A DNA stretch of 64,000 nt from a bacterium (GTDB lineage: Bacteria > SAR324 > NAC60-12): assembly GCA_965233585.1 (NCBI GenBank), contig CBDDTI010000747.1:896001-960000 (forward strand), in the 5' to 3' direction. Within the stretch, counting starts at the first letter, position 1. The number at the start of each line of letters is the position of its first letter. The notes under the pieces are model-generated. The model was not told where the DNA came from and searched no databases. It was given only the letters and a program-made list of their open reading frames with translations. The position numbers and the translations under genes were made by a program. This document shows positions 51,123 through 61,802 of the stretch, one piece after another.

Positions 51123-52631
51123 ATGGCTGTACAATTTCAATACAATTACAAACTGTCTTCTTCTATGCTCAAAAAAGAAGCAGTTGCGATCTTCCTTCCC
51201 TTTCGTCCTAGCAAAGATCAAATCAAGCTGGTCTGTCATCGGGATTTATCAAGTCACGTTGAGGCTATTAGGAAAGCCATCAAAGATGACCGATTTTCTG
51301 GAAAGTTAGCTGAAGTCTTGCATCTGCCTTTTTTTGTTAATGGCAAGTTTCATCATTTGCTAGTTGGAGGTTTGGGCAAGCCTAGTGAGCTGAATGCAGA
51401 AACGTTTCGTAGGAGTGCGGGGCAGGTGATTAAGAAAGCAGTTAGCTTAAAATTGCAAAATCTTTCCATCATTGGGAATTTTGGTGCATTGCGTATTCCT
51501 GAGGATCCATTTTCTGCCATTGTGGAAGGGGGACTTTTGGCAGGTTATCGCTTTGACCAGTACAAAACTGGTGAGGAAGGGAACAAAGACCACGATTTGC
51601 AAGTGAAGATTTGTGACGTTCAAGCCTTTTCAAGCGAGCGGACTCTGCAAAGAGCAGTGGGTCTTGTAGAAGGCGTCAAGTTGGCTAGAGATTTAGGCAA
51701 CTTGCCAGCGAATGATTTGCGACCTGAAGACCTTGCTAACAAAGCTAAAGAACTGGCTGAAAAATCCAATGGAGTTCTTGATGTGAAAGTTTTAGATGAA
51801 ACAAGGCTTAAAGAGCTTGGAATGGATTTGTTTTTGAGTGTTTCCAAAGGGTCAGATGCCCCAGCCCAGTTGATTATTTTTGAATACCGTTCACCTGAAG
51901 CCAAGAAAACTGTCTCCTTCGTTGGCAAAGGAGTGACTTTTGATTCAGGGGGAATTTCTCTGAAACCCTCTAAAGGTATGGAAGAGATGAAGTTTGACAT
52001 GTGTGGTGCTGCGGCAGTGATGGGGGTGATGAATAATCTTGTGTCGCTCAAACCTAAATTGAATGTCATCGGTGTCATTGCGGCAACTGAAAATCTACCA
52101 AGTGGCACTGCACAATGCCCCGGAGACATCTGGAAAACGTATTCAGGAAAGACTGTTGAGGTCATCAATACTGATGCAGAAGGTCGTTTGATTCTTGCAG
52201 ACACTATGGCTTACGTTGTAGATCAATACCGCCCCGATGCGATGATTGACCTTGCCACGTTGACAGGGGCTTGTATTGTGGCACTTGGACATTATGCAAC
52301 AGGAATGATTGGCAACGATAGTAAACTGATGCGTGAGATTGAAAAAGCAGGGCAGGTCACAGGAGAACGAGTTTGGGAGTTGCCAAGTTTTCCAGAGTAT
52401 GAAGATGCCTTGAAAAGTGATTATGCTGATTTGAAAAATACTGGGGACGGCACAGCAGGAACGATTGCTGCGGGAATGTTCTTGAAACATTTTGTCAAAG
52501 ACACCAAATGGGCGCATTTGGACATTGCAGGGACAGCATGGGGAGTGAAAGATGTCAGCTACTTGCCCAAAGGAGCAACAGGCGTGGGTGTCAGGCTTCT
52601 TACAGAATTAGTAGAACAATGGAGTAAGTAG
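51123..52631 (+). CDS. pepA: Leucyl aminopeptidase (M17)
   Basis: VGKGVTFDSGG, MKFDMCGAA, NTDAEGRL, DLATLTGA, HLDIAG. Confidence 0.96.
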   Translation: MAVQFQYNYKLSSSMLKKEAVAIFLPFRPSKDQIKLVCHRDLSSHVEAIRKAIKDDRFSGKLAEVLHLPFFVNGKFHHLLVGGLGKPSELNAETFRRSAGQVIKKAVSLKLQNLSIIGNFGALRIPEDPFSAIVEGGLLAGYRFDQYKTGEEGNKDHDLQVKICDVQAFSSERTLQRAVGLVEGVKLARDLGNLPANDLRPEDLANKAKELAEKSNGVLDVKVLDETRLKELGMDLFLSVSKGSDAPAQLIIFEYRSPEAKKTVSFVGKGVTFDSGGISLKPSKGMEEMKFDMCGAAAVMGVMNNLVSLKPKLNVIGVIAATENLPSGTAQCPGDIWKTYSGKTVEVINTDAEGRLILADTMAYVVDQYRPDAMIDLATLTGACIVALGHYATGMIGNDSKLMREIEKAGQVTGERVWELPSFPEYEDALKSDYADLKNTGDGTAGTIAAGMFLKHFVKDTKWAHLDIAGTAWGVKDVSYLPKGATGVGVRLLTELVEQWSK

Positions 52632-52635
52632 TCCG

Positions 52636-54411
52636 ATGCAGAGAACTCATTATTGCGGAGATTTGAGTCTGGAACATTTAGGTCAAGACGTGACACTTTG
52701 TGGTTGGAGTGCCTCCAGAAGAGACCACGGGGGCGTGATTTTTATTGACTTAAGCGACTATACGGGTCTTTCACAAATTGTCTTTCGTCAAGAAGTGTCC
52801 ACCAATGCCTATGAACTCGCAGATGCTTCACGCGGGGGCTATGTGTTGCAAGTGTCTGGGAAAGTGATTGCAAGAGACGCTGAAAATGTCAATCCAGATT
52901 TGCCAACAGGTGCTGTTGAAGTTTTGGCAGAATCCCTTGAAGTGCTGAACGAGTCTAAACCCTTGCCTTTTGCAACGGATGAACGTTCTCGCACAGAAGA
53001 AAAAACACGTCTGGCATTCCGTTATTTAGATTTAAGGCGTCCAGAGATGCAGAAACGTCTAAAAGTGCGTTCTCAAGCGACTCAAATCATTCGGCAGTAT
53101 TTTCACGAACGTGATTTTTTTGACATTGAGACCCCCATCTTGACTAAATCTACTCCCGAAGGTGCGCGTGATTACCTTGTCCCTTCACGCGTTCATCAAG
53201 GCACGTTCTACGCCCTGCCTCAATCTCCTCAATTATTCAAGCAACTTTTGATGTGTGCAGGGTACGACCGCTATTTTCAAATCGCACGCTGTTTCAGAGA
53301 TGAAGACTTACGTTTCAATCGGCAACCTGAATTTACACAACTTGATGTAGAAATGAGCTTTGTCTCAGAAGAAGATGTCTATACTTTGACTGAAGGATTG
53401 CTTCAAGAACTATTCAGCAAGGTCAATGGCATCAACGTTCAAACCCCGTTTCAACGCTTGAGCTATGATGTGGCGATGAATGAATATGGGTCTGATGCAC
53501 CTGATTTGCGTTTTGGTCTGAAACTGGTGGATTTAACAGAATTGAGCAAAGGCTGTGGCTTTCAAGTGTTTGCAAAAACTGCTAATCAAGGGGGAATTGT
53601 CAAAGCGATTCGTGTAGAGGGCGGTGCGCAATTTTCCAGAAAAGAGCTTGATGAGTTGACCGATTTTGTCTCGCAATATGGGGCAAAGGGCATGGCATGG
53701 GTGAAACGTCAAGAGGAAGGCTGGCAGTCGCCTATTGCCAAATTTTTTAAAGCAGAAGAACAGCAAGAGATTGAGGCAAAACTTGGTTTGCAGGTTGGAG
53801 ATTTGGCAGTGTTTGGAGCTGATGCGGAGTCAGTGGTGTTGCCTTCTCTTGGTGCGTTGCGTTGTGAAATTGCCAGAAGGCAGGGCTTGGCTTCCCCTGA
53901 TGATTACCAATTTGCTTGGGTTTATGACTTCCCTTTATTCCAACATGACTCGCAAACCAATCGTTATGTTTCTGTGCATCACCCCTTCACTCAACCCAAT
54001 CTTGAAGACTTGGAAAAATATGCTCAAAGCGATCCTGCCAAAATTCGTTCCCGTGCTTATGATGTGGTCTTAAATGGTATAGAACTAGGAGGCGGAAGTT
54101 TACGGATTCATCAATCCCAAATGCAACAGCAGATGTTTGAATTGATGGGGATCGGTGAAGTGGAAGCGAAAGAGCGATTTGGATTTCTGCTTGATGCGTT
54201 GGCTTATGGCGCACCTCCCCACGGAGGAATCGCTTTGGGAATAGATAGACTGATCATGAGCCTCACCCATTCAGAATCCATACGCGATGTCGTTGCATTC
54301 CCAAAAACACAAAAAGCATCATGTTTGATGACTCAAGCACCCTCTACTGTTTCACTGTCCCAACTCCATGAATTGCACCTACGTCAGACTGAAGTGACTG
54401 CGTCCCCCTGA
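52636..54411 (+). CDS. aspS: Aspartate--tRNA ligase
   Basis: RTHYCG, STPEGARDY, LPQSPQLFKQ, FRDED, RQPEFTQLD, PPHGGIALGIDR. Confidence 0.98.
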   Translation: MQRTHYCGDLSLEHLGQDVTLCGWSASRRDHGGVIFIDLSDYTGLSQIVFRQEVSTNAYELADASRGGYVLQVSGKVIARDAENVNPDLPTGAVEVLAESLEVLNESKPLPFATDERSRTEEKTRLAFRYLDLRRPEMQKRLKVRSQATQIIRQYFHERDFFDIETPILTKSTPEGARDYLVPSRVHQGTFYALPQSPQLFKQLLMCAGYDRYFQIARCFRDEDLRFNRQPEFTQLDVEMSFVSEEDVYTLTEGLLQELFSKVNGINVQTPFQRLSYDVAMNEYGSDAPDLRFGLKLVDLTELSKGCGFQVFAKTANQGGIVKAIRVEGGAQFSRKELDELTDFVSQYGAKGMAWVKRQEEGWQSPIAKFFKAEEQQEIEAKLGLQVGDLAVFGADAESVVLPSLGALRCEIARRQGLASPDDYQFAWVYDFPLFQHDSQTNRYVSVHHPFTQPNLEDLEKYAQSDPAKIRSRAYDVVLNGIELGGGSLRIHQSQMQQQMFELMGIGEVEAKERFGFLLDALAYGAPPHGGIALGIDRLIMSLTHSESIRDVVAFPKTQKASCLMTQAPSTVSLSQLHELHLRQTEVTASP

Positions 54412-54609
54412 GGTGACTTTGCCTTGATTCATCAAAATCCGTGAAGATTTAAAGGAAGCAAAAATCTTTGTCTTCTCAAAGAGGGGGCTTTGAGCTGTTG
54501 AATTTTGTACAAATTTCTTCTTGTCAAATGAATCAAAATAGTAAGGTTTTGGCAAGTAGGAAGCTCAGAAGATTTCAACCCAAGTTTTTGTAAACCATCT
54601 TTAATCATA

Positions 54610-55563
54610 ATGACCTTGAACAAACAACAAATTGACAAACATCACCGAGTCTTCATCTTAGGCTCAGGACCTTCAGGCTGGACGGCAGCCATTTATGCGG
54701 CGCGTGCTAATTTAAACCCTGCTGTGATGACAGGAGACTTACCCGGTGGACAACTCACAACTACCACTGATGTTGAAAATTACCCCGGCTTTCCTGATGG
54801 CTTAACTGGGACAGAGATGATGCAACTTTTTCAAAAGCAAGCAGAACGATTTGGCACAGCCGTTTATCAAGGAATGGTCAATGAATTAGATTTATCGCAA
54901 AGACCATTCCTTCTCAAAACGGAATCGCAAACGTTTTCGTGTGATGCACTCATCATCTCAACAGGAGCCTCTGCCAAATGGCTTGGCTTGGAATCTGAAC
55001 AACGTTTTCAAAACAAAGGTGTTTCTGCGTGTGCAACCTGTGATGGATTCTTTTTTAGAAATCAAAATGTTGGTGTTGTAGGGGGTGGAGATGTGGCGAT
55101 GGAAGATTCCCTTTATCTGTCAAATCTCTGCCAAAGCGTGCATCTCTTTCACCGCAGAGACCAGTTCCGAGCAAGCCAAGTGATGCAACAACGAGTGCTT
55201 GACAATGACAACATCACAATCCATTGGAATAGCACCGTCCATGAAGTGTTGGGAGATGACACAAAAGGCATGACAGGATTACTGATTCAAAACACTCAAA
55301 CCCAAGAGATTGTTCAGCATGACCTGACAGGTTTGTTTGTTGCCATTGGGCATATCCCAAATACTCAACCCTTCCAAAGTCAACTCCAACTTGATGACAA
55401 CGGATACATTGTTGTTGAAGCTGGCACAACCCAGACGTCAGTAGAAGGCGTCTTTGCTTGTGGGGACGTGCAAGACATCGTGTATCGTCAGGCAGTAACT
55501 GCAGCGGGGACAGGCTGTATGGCAGCTCTTGATGCGGAACGTTGGCTGGTTTCCCAAACATGA
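54610..55563 (+). CDS. trxB: Thioredoxin-disulfide reductase
   Basis: GSGPSG, GGQL..T..VENYPG, CATCDG, VGGGD, QAVTAAGTG. Confidence 0.97.
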   Translation: MTLNKQQIDKHHRVFILGSGPSGWTAAIYAARANLNPAVMTGDLPGGQLTTTTDVENYPGFPDGLTGTEMMQLFQKQAERFGTAVYQGMVNELDLSQRPFLLKTESQTFSCDALIISTGASAKWLGLESEQRFQNKGVSACATCDGFFFRNQNVGVVGGGDVAMEDSLYLSNLCQSVHLFHRRDQFRASQVMQQRVLDNDNITIHWNSTVHEVLGDDTKGMTGLLIQNTQTQEIVQHDLTGLFVAIGHIPNTQPFQSQLQLDDNGYIVVEAGTTQTSVEGVFACGDVQDIVYRQAVTAAGTGCMAALDAERWLVSQT

Positions 55564-55578
55564 TGAGACAACCTTAGA

Positions 55579-56787
55579 ATGATAGAACAAGCCTGCTTTT
55601 TTGAAGAGTTCAAGAAGCCTGCAAGTGTCTTTTTTGCTCCAAATTCTCAAAATTCTGAAGTTCCAAAGTACGTTGATGAGTTTTGGACTGCCAAACAACG
55701 TCAGGCTCACAGCCTCCATGAAGTTTCATATCGTGCGTGCTTCAAACCGCAACTTCCTCACTTTTTCATCACCCAGCTGACTCAAGCAAATGATGTGGTC
55801 TATGACCCTTTTTTAGGCAGAGGAACAACTATCATTGAAGCGGCATTGCTCAATAGACAGGTCATTGGCAATGACATGAATCCGTTAAGCCAAATTTTAT
55901 GTCAGCCCCGCTTATGTCTCCCCGACCTCCAGAAGTTGGAAAATTATCTTGCACAAATTCAACTTGACCAAACATTGCAAGCAGACATGGATTTGTCTAT
56001 GTTTTATGAATCAAAAACATTAGGCGAGTTAGTTTCTTTGAAACAGCTTTTATTAGAAAAAGCCCTTCAAAACAAGCTCAATCCTTTAGACCATTGGATT
56101 AAAATGATTGCCACCAATCGCTTAACAGGACATTCCAAAGGATTTTTTTCTGTTTATTCGCTCCCCCCGAATCAAGCCGTTTCACCTGAACGTCAAGTGA
56201 AAATCAATGAAAAATATCAGCAAAAACCTGAATATCGTGATGTCAAAAAACTGATTTTGAAAAAAACCAAGTCTCTGTTAAGACAGGTCACTCAACAACA
56301 AAAACAGACACTTCAACAACAGTCTGAAACTGCATTGTTTTTGAATCAAGATGCCAGCCAGACCAAGCAAATTGCTGATGATTTTGTCAAATTAACAGTC
56401 ACGTCTCCTCCCTTTTTAAATGTTGTCCAGTATGCCCAAGATAATTGGTTGCGGTGTTGGTTCAATGGGATTGATGCAAAAAAAGTCGGTCAACAGCTCA
56501 CGATGTCAAGTTCTTTGGAACACTGGCAGGTCAAAATGCAAAATGTGTTTGATGAGCTTTTCCGAATCACTAAAACAGGGGGATATGTTGCTTTTGAGGT
56601 GGGAGAAGTCAAGAATGGGAAGGTGAAACTTGATGAGGTGATTCTTCCTGTCGGACTCAAGTCTGGGTTTCAAGCCTTAGGTGTTTTCATCAACACGCAA
56701 ACCTTTACCAAAACTGCAAACATCTGGAACATCAACAACAACAAACGAGGTACCAACACCAATCGGATTGTTCTGTTCCAAAAATAA
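55579..56787 (+). CDS. Site-specific DNA methyltransferase (N4/N6)
   Basis: YRACFKPQLP, VYDPFLGRGTT (SAM binding), VTSPPF (catalytic). Confidence 0.9.
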   Translation: MIEQACFFEEFKKPASVFFAPNSQNSEVPKYVDEFWTAKQRQAHSLHEVSYRACFKPQLPHFFITQLTQANDVVYDPFLGRGTTIIEAALLNRQVIGNDMNPLSQILCQPRLCLPDLQKLENYLAQIQLDQTLQADMDLSMFYESKTLGELVSLKQLLLEKALQNKLNPLDHWIKMIATNRLTGHSKGFFSVYSLPPNQAVSPERQVKINEKYQQKPEYRDVKKLILKKTKSLLRQVTQQQKQTLQQQSETALFLNQDASQTKQIADDFVKLTVTSPPFLNVVQYAQDNWLRCWFNGIDAKKVGQQLTMSSSLEHWQVKMQNVFDELFRITKTGGYVAFEVGEVKNGKVKLDEVILPVGLKSGFQALGVFINTQTFTKTANIWNINNNKRGTNTNRIVLFQK

Positions 56788-56801
56788 CAACGGAGGAAAC
56801 C

Positions 56802-57076
56802 ATGACAAAAATGTCAGAAGAATTGAAAGGCGTCATTACACAAATGTTAAAACCTTTGAAGGGCTTATCATTGGGAACTGTAATAGAAGGAATATCTGGA
56901 TATTCTGTGCTTCCTTTTGATGACAATAATGCACAAGATATAAGATGCCTAGAAGTTTTAAAAAATGTTGCAAATGAGGTGTTGATTCAAGTGAATCAAC
57001 AGGGTATTTTACGGAAGAGACCGAATGAAGTTGGCAATAAAATAGAAGATTTTGTTCGTGAAGCGTTAAGAAAATT
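56802..57076 (+). pseudogene. N-terminal ~92 codons of a putative restriction endonuclease, truncated by IS1
   Basis: GGAGG RBS; directly after the MTase; AT-rich; RPNEVGNKIEDFV motif; frame runs into the IS1 left end. Confidence 0.7.
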
Positions 57077-57836
57077 GGTATTGTTAAACTATAAGTGATA
57101 TGCGATATTAAGTTCATTTAATTGAATTGATAGTCATGGTGTAGCAATGAAGTCGTGTCCTAGATGTGAAAGTGAGAAGATGGTTAAGAATGGTTTTTTA
57201 TATGGTAAACCGAGGAGGCGTTGCAATGCCTGCAACTATCAATATACCAAGTCCTATCGTGGTCAAATCTCACCACAGATCAAAAGAAGAGCATTAGAGT
57301 TGTATTTGGAGGGTCTTGGTTTCAGGTCAATCGGTCGTTTGCTGAATTGTTCTCATGTTTCAGTTTATAATTGGGTCTGTAGTTTTGGCGAACAGCTCAA
57401 GGCATTAAGAAAGGACACAGACATTGAAATTATGGAAATTGATGAAATGCACACCTACATCCAGTCAAAAAAAACTACTGCTGGCTCTGGATTGCTGTTG
57501 ATAGATGTGGGAAGCAATTTATCAATTGTGTGCTTGGAAACAGAGACTCAAAAGCCTGTAGGCATTTATGGGACAAGGTCAAGGAAACAAAACCTCTTCA
57601 GGTGATGACTGATCACTGCAAGGCTTACAAACAAGTCATTCCCAAAGAAATTCATACATGTTCCAAGGCAGAAACATACACGATAGAAGGGTATAATTCT
57701 CTCTTGAGACATTTCTTGGCAAGAATGAGAAGGAAAACCAAATGTTACAGCAAGTCTCTTAAAGCATTACAATATTCTGTTCTTTTGTTCATGGCAAAAC
57801 GGAATAATCAGCTATCACTTATTACTTAACAATGCC
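57077..57836 (+). mobile_element. IS1-family element type a, copy 3 (760 bp)
   Basis: IRs as in copy 1; ORFs 57147-57605 and 57530-57829 translate identically to copy 1; no TSD. Confidence 0.93.
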
Positions 57837-57876
57837 GAATTTTTTAATTTTTAAATCATAATAAAAGAATTGACGT

Positions 57877-58284
57877 ATGGAAAAAGTGTATCAAGCAGAG
57901 TATGCAGAAGGAGAGGTTTACGATTTTCAAGATGAAAGTGCCATCAAGCCTGAAGTCTTAGAGACGTTCGCCTACAGTGGACCCAAGCAAAAGGTGTGTT
58001 ATCGTCTGAATGAATTTTCTGCAGTGTGTCCATTTTCTGGGCTTCCAGATTATGGCATTGTAGAAATGACATACATTCCTGATGCCTTGTTGGTAGAATT
58101 GAAATCGCTGAAGTATTATTATCTTTCTTTCCGACAAGTTGGTTTGTTCCAAGAAGCCATCACTGCAAGGATTTTCAATGATTTGTTTCCATTGCTCAAA
58201 CCTCATGCGTTGCAGATTAAAACGATTTACAACACAAGGGGCGGCATAGACACCACTTGCGAGGTCAATTCTGACTTTCAATAG
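57877..58284 (+). CDS. queF: preQ0 reductase (short, unimodular type)
   Basis: EFSAVCPFSGLPDYG, VELKSLKYY..SFR..G.FQE, YNTRGGI. Confidence 0.92.
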   Translation: MEKVYQAEYAEGEVYDFQDESAIKPEVLETFAYSGPKQKVCYRLNEFSAVCPFSGLPDYGIVEMTYIPDALLVELKSLKYYYLSFRQVGLFQEAITARIFNDLFPLLKPHALQIKTIYNTRGGIDTTCEVNSDFQ

Positions 58285-58310
58285 CCTTTTTCAATTCTAA
58301 TTCAATTCCA

Positions 58311-61274
58311 ATGCTCAATCGTATTGAACTTAAAATCAAACCTCATCTGATTGACCCTGCTGGGCGTCAGTACCTCAAAGAATCGCATCTTTGCGGATTT
58401 CGCAACATTCAGCAGATTCGTACTTTGCAAATTTACGTGTTGACAGGGCAAGGTTGGGGGAATTTGCAAAATCTTTGTGAAGATGTCTTTCAAGACCCCG
58501 TCTTACACGATGCTCGGGTAAACGATTTTTTTGGGGAAGTCAGTCCTTTTGATTGGTATGTAGAAATTGGATTTTTAGCAGGTGTGACAGACAATGTTGG
58601 CAGGAGTGCTAAAGAAACTTGTGAGCTTTATTTGCAACATGAGGTCAAAGGTCAAATTGACTCAAGACGTGCTTATCTTGTGCAAGGGCATTTAGACGAT
58701 GCTCAACAATGGACTGATACAGTCTTGCGAAACCCATTGATTGAATCAGCATGGGTCATTCCCAAAACCGAGTGGCAAGCACGGCATGTTGAATTGATGA
58801 AACTACCAAAGAGACAAGACAAAACAACAATTCAAATCAAACGTTTTCAACTGCCGACAAAAGATGAGGCACTAAAGGTCAGTCAAGAAAATACGCTTGC
58901 TTTGAATGAAGAAGAAGCCCAAGCGATTGTCAATTATTTTGCTGACACTCAAAGGCATCAAAAACGTCTGCAAAATGGAATCGGCACGGAAGCCACTGAT
59001 GCAGAGCTTGAACTCCTTGCTCAAACATGGTCAGAACACTGCAAACATAAAATCTTCAACGCACAAATTGAATATGAAGACCATGAACAACAAACAACGA
59101 CTGTCATTGATTCGCTGTATGAAACTTACATCAAAAAAGCGACCCAAGACGTTAGAATGCTCAAAAAAGACAAAGATTTTTGTGTGTCTGTGTTTTCCGA
59201 CAATGCAGGTCTGATAGACTTTAATGAAGACTGGTTGCTGGCTTTTAAGGTAGAAACTCACAATTCCCCTTCTGCACTTGACCCCTATGGCGGTGCATTG
59301 ACTGGCATCGTTGGTGTGCATCGGGACATCATTGGTGCAGGTCTGGGTTGCCGTGTCATTTTTAACACTGATATTTTTTGCTTTGCCAGTCCTTTTTATG
59401 AAGGAGATTTGCCCCCAAAATTGTTGCACCCAAGACGAATTTTTTCAGGCGTGCGGCTTGGAGTAGAACACGGAGGCAACAAGTCTGGAGTGCCAACCGT
59501 TAATGGTTCGCTTGTGTTTCACGAACGTTTTTTGGGCAAGCCTCTGGTGTTCTGCGGCGCAGGGGGAATCATTCCACGCAAAATCAACAACAAGCTTGCT
59601 ACTGAAAAGAAGGTGCAAGTTGGGGACTTCATCGTCATGTGTGGGGGAAGGATAGGAAAAGACGGGATTCACGGGGCAACGTTTTCTTCTGAAGTGTTGC
59701 ATGAAGGGTCTCCTTCAACTGCTGTGCAAATTGGTGACCCTATTGTCCAAAAACGTATGAGTGATTTTTTATTGAAAGCTCGTGATTTGGGATTGTACCG
59801 ATGTATTACAGACAATGGAGCAGGTGGGCTGGCATCTTCAGTGGGAGAGATGGCACAACTTTCAGGCGGGTGTTTGATTGATCTGGCAAAAGCTCCTTTG
59901 AAATATGAAGGACTTCAACCTTGGGAAATCTTGGTTTCAGAAGCACAGGAACGTATGACGCTTGCTGTTCCTGTTGAAACAAGTGATGAATTGTTACAGC
60001 TTTCAAAGGTAATGGGAGTGGAGTCCACCATTTTAGGAACATTTGACAATTCGGGATATTTTCATGCGGTTTACAAAGAGGAGTCTGTCGTTTTTCTGGA
60101 GATGGAGTTTTTGCATCATGGATTGCCAACGATGAAACTGCATGCGTCATGGCAAGCCCCTGTTTTGCAAGATGCTTTGTTTCCCGAACCTGATGACCTC
60201 ACCGAAGAACTGAAGCAAGTGCTGGCAAGGCTTAATGTGTGTAGTAAAGAAAGCATTGTTCGTCAGTATGACCACGAAGTGCAGGGGGGAAGTGTGATTA
60301 AACCTTTTGTTGGGGAACACAGCGACAGTCCAAGCGATGCCACTGTGATTCGCCCTTTGCTTGATTCTATGGAAGGCGTGGCAATTTCTCATGGCATTTG
60401 CCCACGATATAGCGACATTGACACCTATGCAATGACGGCATGTGCAATAGATGAGGCTGTGCGTAATCTGGTTGCTGTTGGGGCTTCTTTAGAAAACATT
60501 GCGGCTCTTGATAATTTTTGCTGGTGCGACCCTGTGGAGAGTCAAAATAATCCTGATGGTGCATACAAATTGGCTCAACTTGTCAGGTCAAACCAAGCAC
60601 TTTATGATTATTGTCTGATGTATCAAATCCCTTTGATTTCAGGAAAAGACAGCATGAAAAATGATTATCACTTTGAAAATATCAAAATCTCCATTCCCCC
60701 AACCTTGCTTATCAGCACAATCGCTAAGGTGGACGATGTGACAAAATTGGTAACCATGGATGCTAAGCAGGCAGGTGACCTTGTCTATTTAATTGGAGAC
60801 ACAAAAAATGAATTAGGAGGGTCTGAATACTTTGACTTACACGGGGTGCTTGGCAAACACGCCCCTCAAGTTGACGGACAAACTGCTAAAATCCGTTACC
60901 AAGCCATTTATCAAGCCATTCAACAAGGATTGCTTCAATCTTGCCATGACTGTTCTGATGGAGGTGTTGCCGTCTCTTTAGCAGAGGTTGCTTTTGCAGG
61001 AGACTTAGGAATGGATTTAGATGTGGAAAAGCCTTGTCACAACCTTCGTCTTGATGAGTTTCTTTTTTCAGAATCAGCAAGTCGTTTTGTTGTCACCGTC
61101 TCGCCTAAACATCAACAAGATTTTGAACGCCTTTTGACACAACAATCTTACTTTTATCTTGGCAAGACTACAAAAAATCGGCTGTTTCAAATACGTTATG
61201 CCCAACGTGACGTGATTCTTGCACCAATCCAAGAGCTTAAAACTGCATGGCAAGCGCCTTTGCAAGAATTTTAA
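58311..61274 (+). CDS. purL: Phosphoribosylformylglycinamidine synthase (PurS-like N-terminus + PurL synthetase, no glutaminase domain)
   Basis: AQTWSEHCKHK, KVETHNSPS, DGIHGAT, ITDNGAGG, SEAQERM, QYDHEV, ISGKDS. Confidence 0.95.
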   Translation: MLNRIELKIKPHLIDPAGRQYLKESHLCGFRNIQQIRTLQIYVLTGQGWGNLQNLCEDVFQDPVLHDARVNDFFGEVSPFDWYVEIGFLAGVTDNVGRSAKETCELYLQHEVKGQIDSRRAYLVQGHLDDAQQWTDTVLRNPLIESAWVIPKTEWQARHVELMKLPKRQDKTTIQIKRFQLPTKDEALKVSQENTLALNEEEAQAIVNYFADTQRHQKRLQNGIGTEATDAELELLAQTWSEHCKHKIFNAQIEYEDHEQQTTTVIDSLYETYIKKATQDVRMLKKDKDFCVSVFSDNAGLIDFNEDWLLAFKVETHNSPSALDPYGGALTGIVGVHRDIIGAGLGCRVIFNTDIFCFASPFYEGDLPPKLLHPRRIFSGVRLGVEHGGNKSGVPTVNGSLVFHERFLGKPLVFCGAGGIIPRKINNKLATEKKVQVGDFIVMCGGRIGKDGIHGATFSSEVLHEGSPSTAVQIGDPIVQKRMSDFLLKARDLGLYRCITDNGAGGLASSVGEMAQLSGGCLIDLAKAPLKYEGLQPWEILVSEAQERMTLAVPVETSDELLQLSKVMGVESTILGTFDNSGYFHAVYKEESVVFLEMEFLHHGLPTMKLHASWQAPVLQDALFPEPDDLTEELKQVLARLNVCSKESIVRQYDHEVQGGSVIKPFVGEHSDSPSDATVIRPLLDSMEGVAISHGICPRYSDIDTYAMTACAIDEAVRNLVAVGASLENIAALDNFCWCDPVESQNNPDGAYKLAQLVRSNQALYDYCLMYQIPLISGKDSMKNDYHFENIKISIPPTLLISTIAKVDDVTKLVTMDAKQAGDLVYLIGDTKNELGGSEYFDLHGVLGKHAPQVDGQTAKIRYQAIYQAIQQGLLQSCHDCSDGGVAVSLAEVAFAGDLGMDLDVEKPCHNLRLDEFLFSESASRFVVTVSPKHQQDFERLLTQQSYFYLGKTTKNRLFQIRYAQRDVILAPIQELKTAWQAPLQEF

Positions 61275-61296
61275 GCAACTTCAAAATCTGACCTTT

Positions 61297-61707
61297 TCAA
61301 CCGAATTTTAGCTTTTTGTTAGAGACAAGTTGTTCTGCAGTTTCAAGATAAGCAAGCATGACTTGTGAATAATGCTCAATACGTTCTTCAATGTCTTCTT
61401 TAAAGGTCAGGTCAATCACCAAACGTCTTTTTTCACCAATTTCTACAAAAATGCTTTTGCCGTTTGGTCCTGTGATGTGAAAGTAAGGCAGTTTAAAGGC
61501 TTTTCTCAGTAAAAAAACATAGTGTTCATGTTTAAGAGAAGAGAACATGATGAGGTGAGAGTAGGGAAGTTCCAGCTGAAAGTATTGATTTTTGATAGCA
61601 GTGAATGCAGAGACTTCTTGAAACCTTGCTTGTCCTTGACGAAAAAAGTCTAATAACTTCACCAAATCTTGCTTGTTGTTGATTGCGTTCATTGTTCCAA
61701 GTTCCAA
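61297..61707 (-). CDS. Hypothetical protein
   Basis: 136-aa ORF filling the gap between purL and the aminotransferase; no recognisable motif. Confidence 0.55.
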   Translation of the reverse strand: MELGTMNAINNKQDLVKLLDFFRQGQARFQEVSAFTAIKNQYFQLELPYSHLIMFSSLKHEHYVFLLRKAFKLPYFHITGPNGKSIFVEIGEKRRLVIDLTFKEDIEERIEHYSQVMLAYLETAEQLVSNKKLKFG

Positions 61708-61802
61708 ATCCTAGATTGAAGATAGCCAAGCATGTTAACATGAACACATTCAAAAAACTAAAGTCTTTTGAGTTTTGACATCACCTTCAACAGTATCAAT
61801 GT

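Noticed and set aside
51620..52204. Long antisense ORFs over pepA, purL and other housekeeping genes
   Set aside because: Shadow ORFs opposite well-conserved genes, with no recognisable motifs.
55560..55600. Third 5'-end duplication (MTase start versus galK start)
   Set aside because: Only weak, gapped similarity in AT-rich sequence; not distinguishable from chance.
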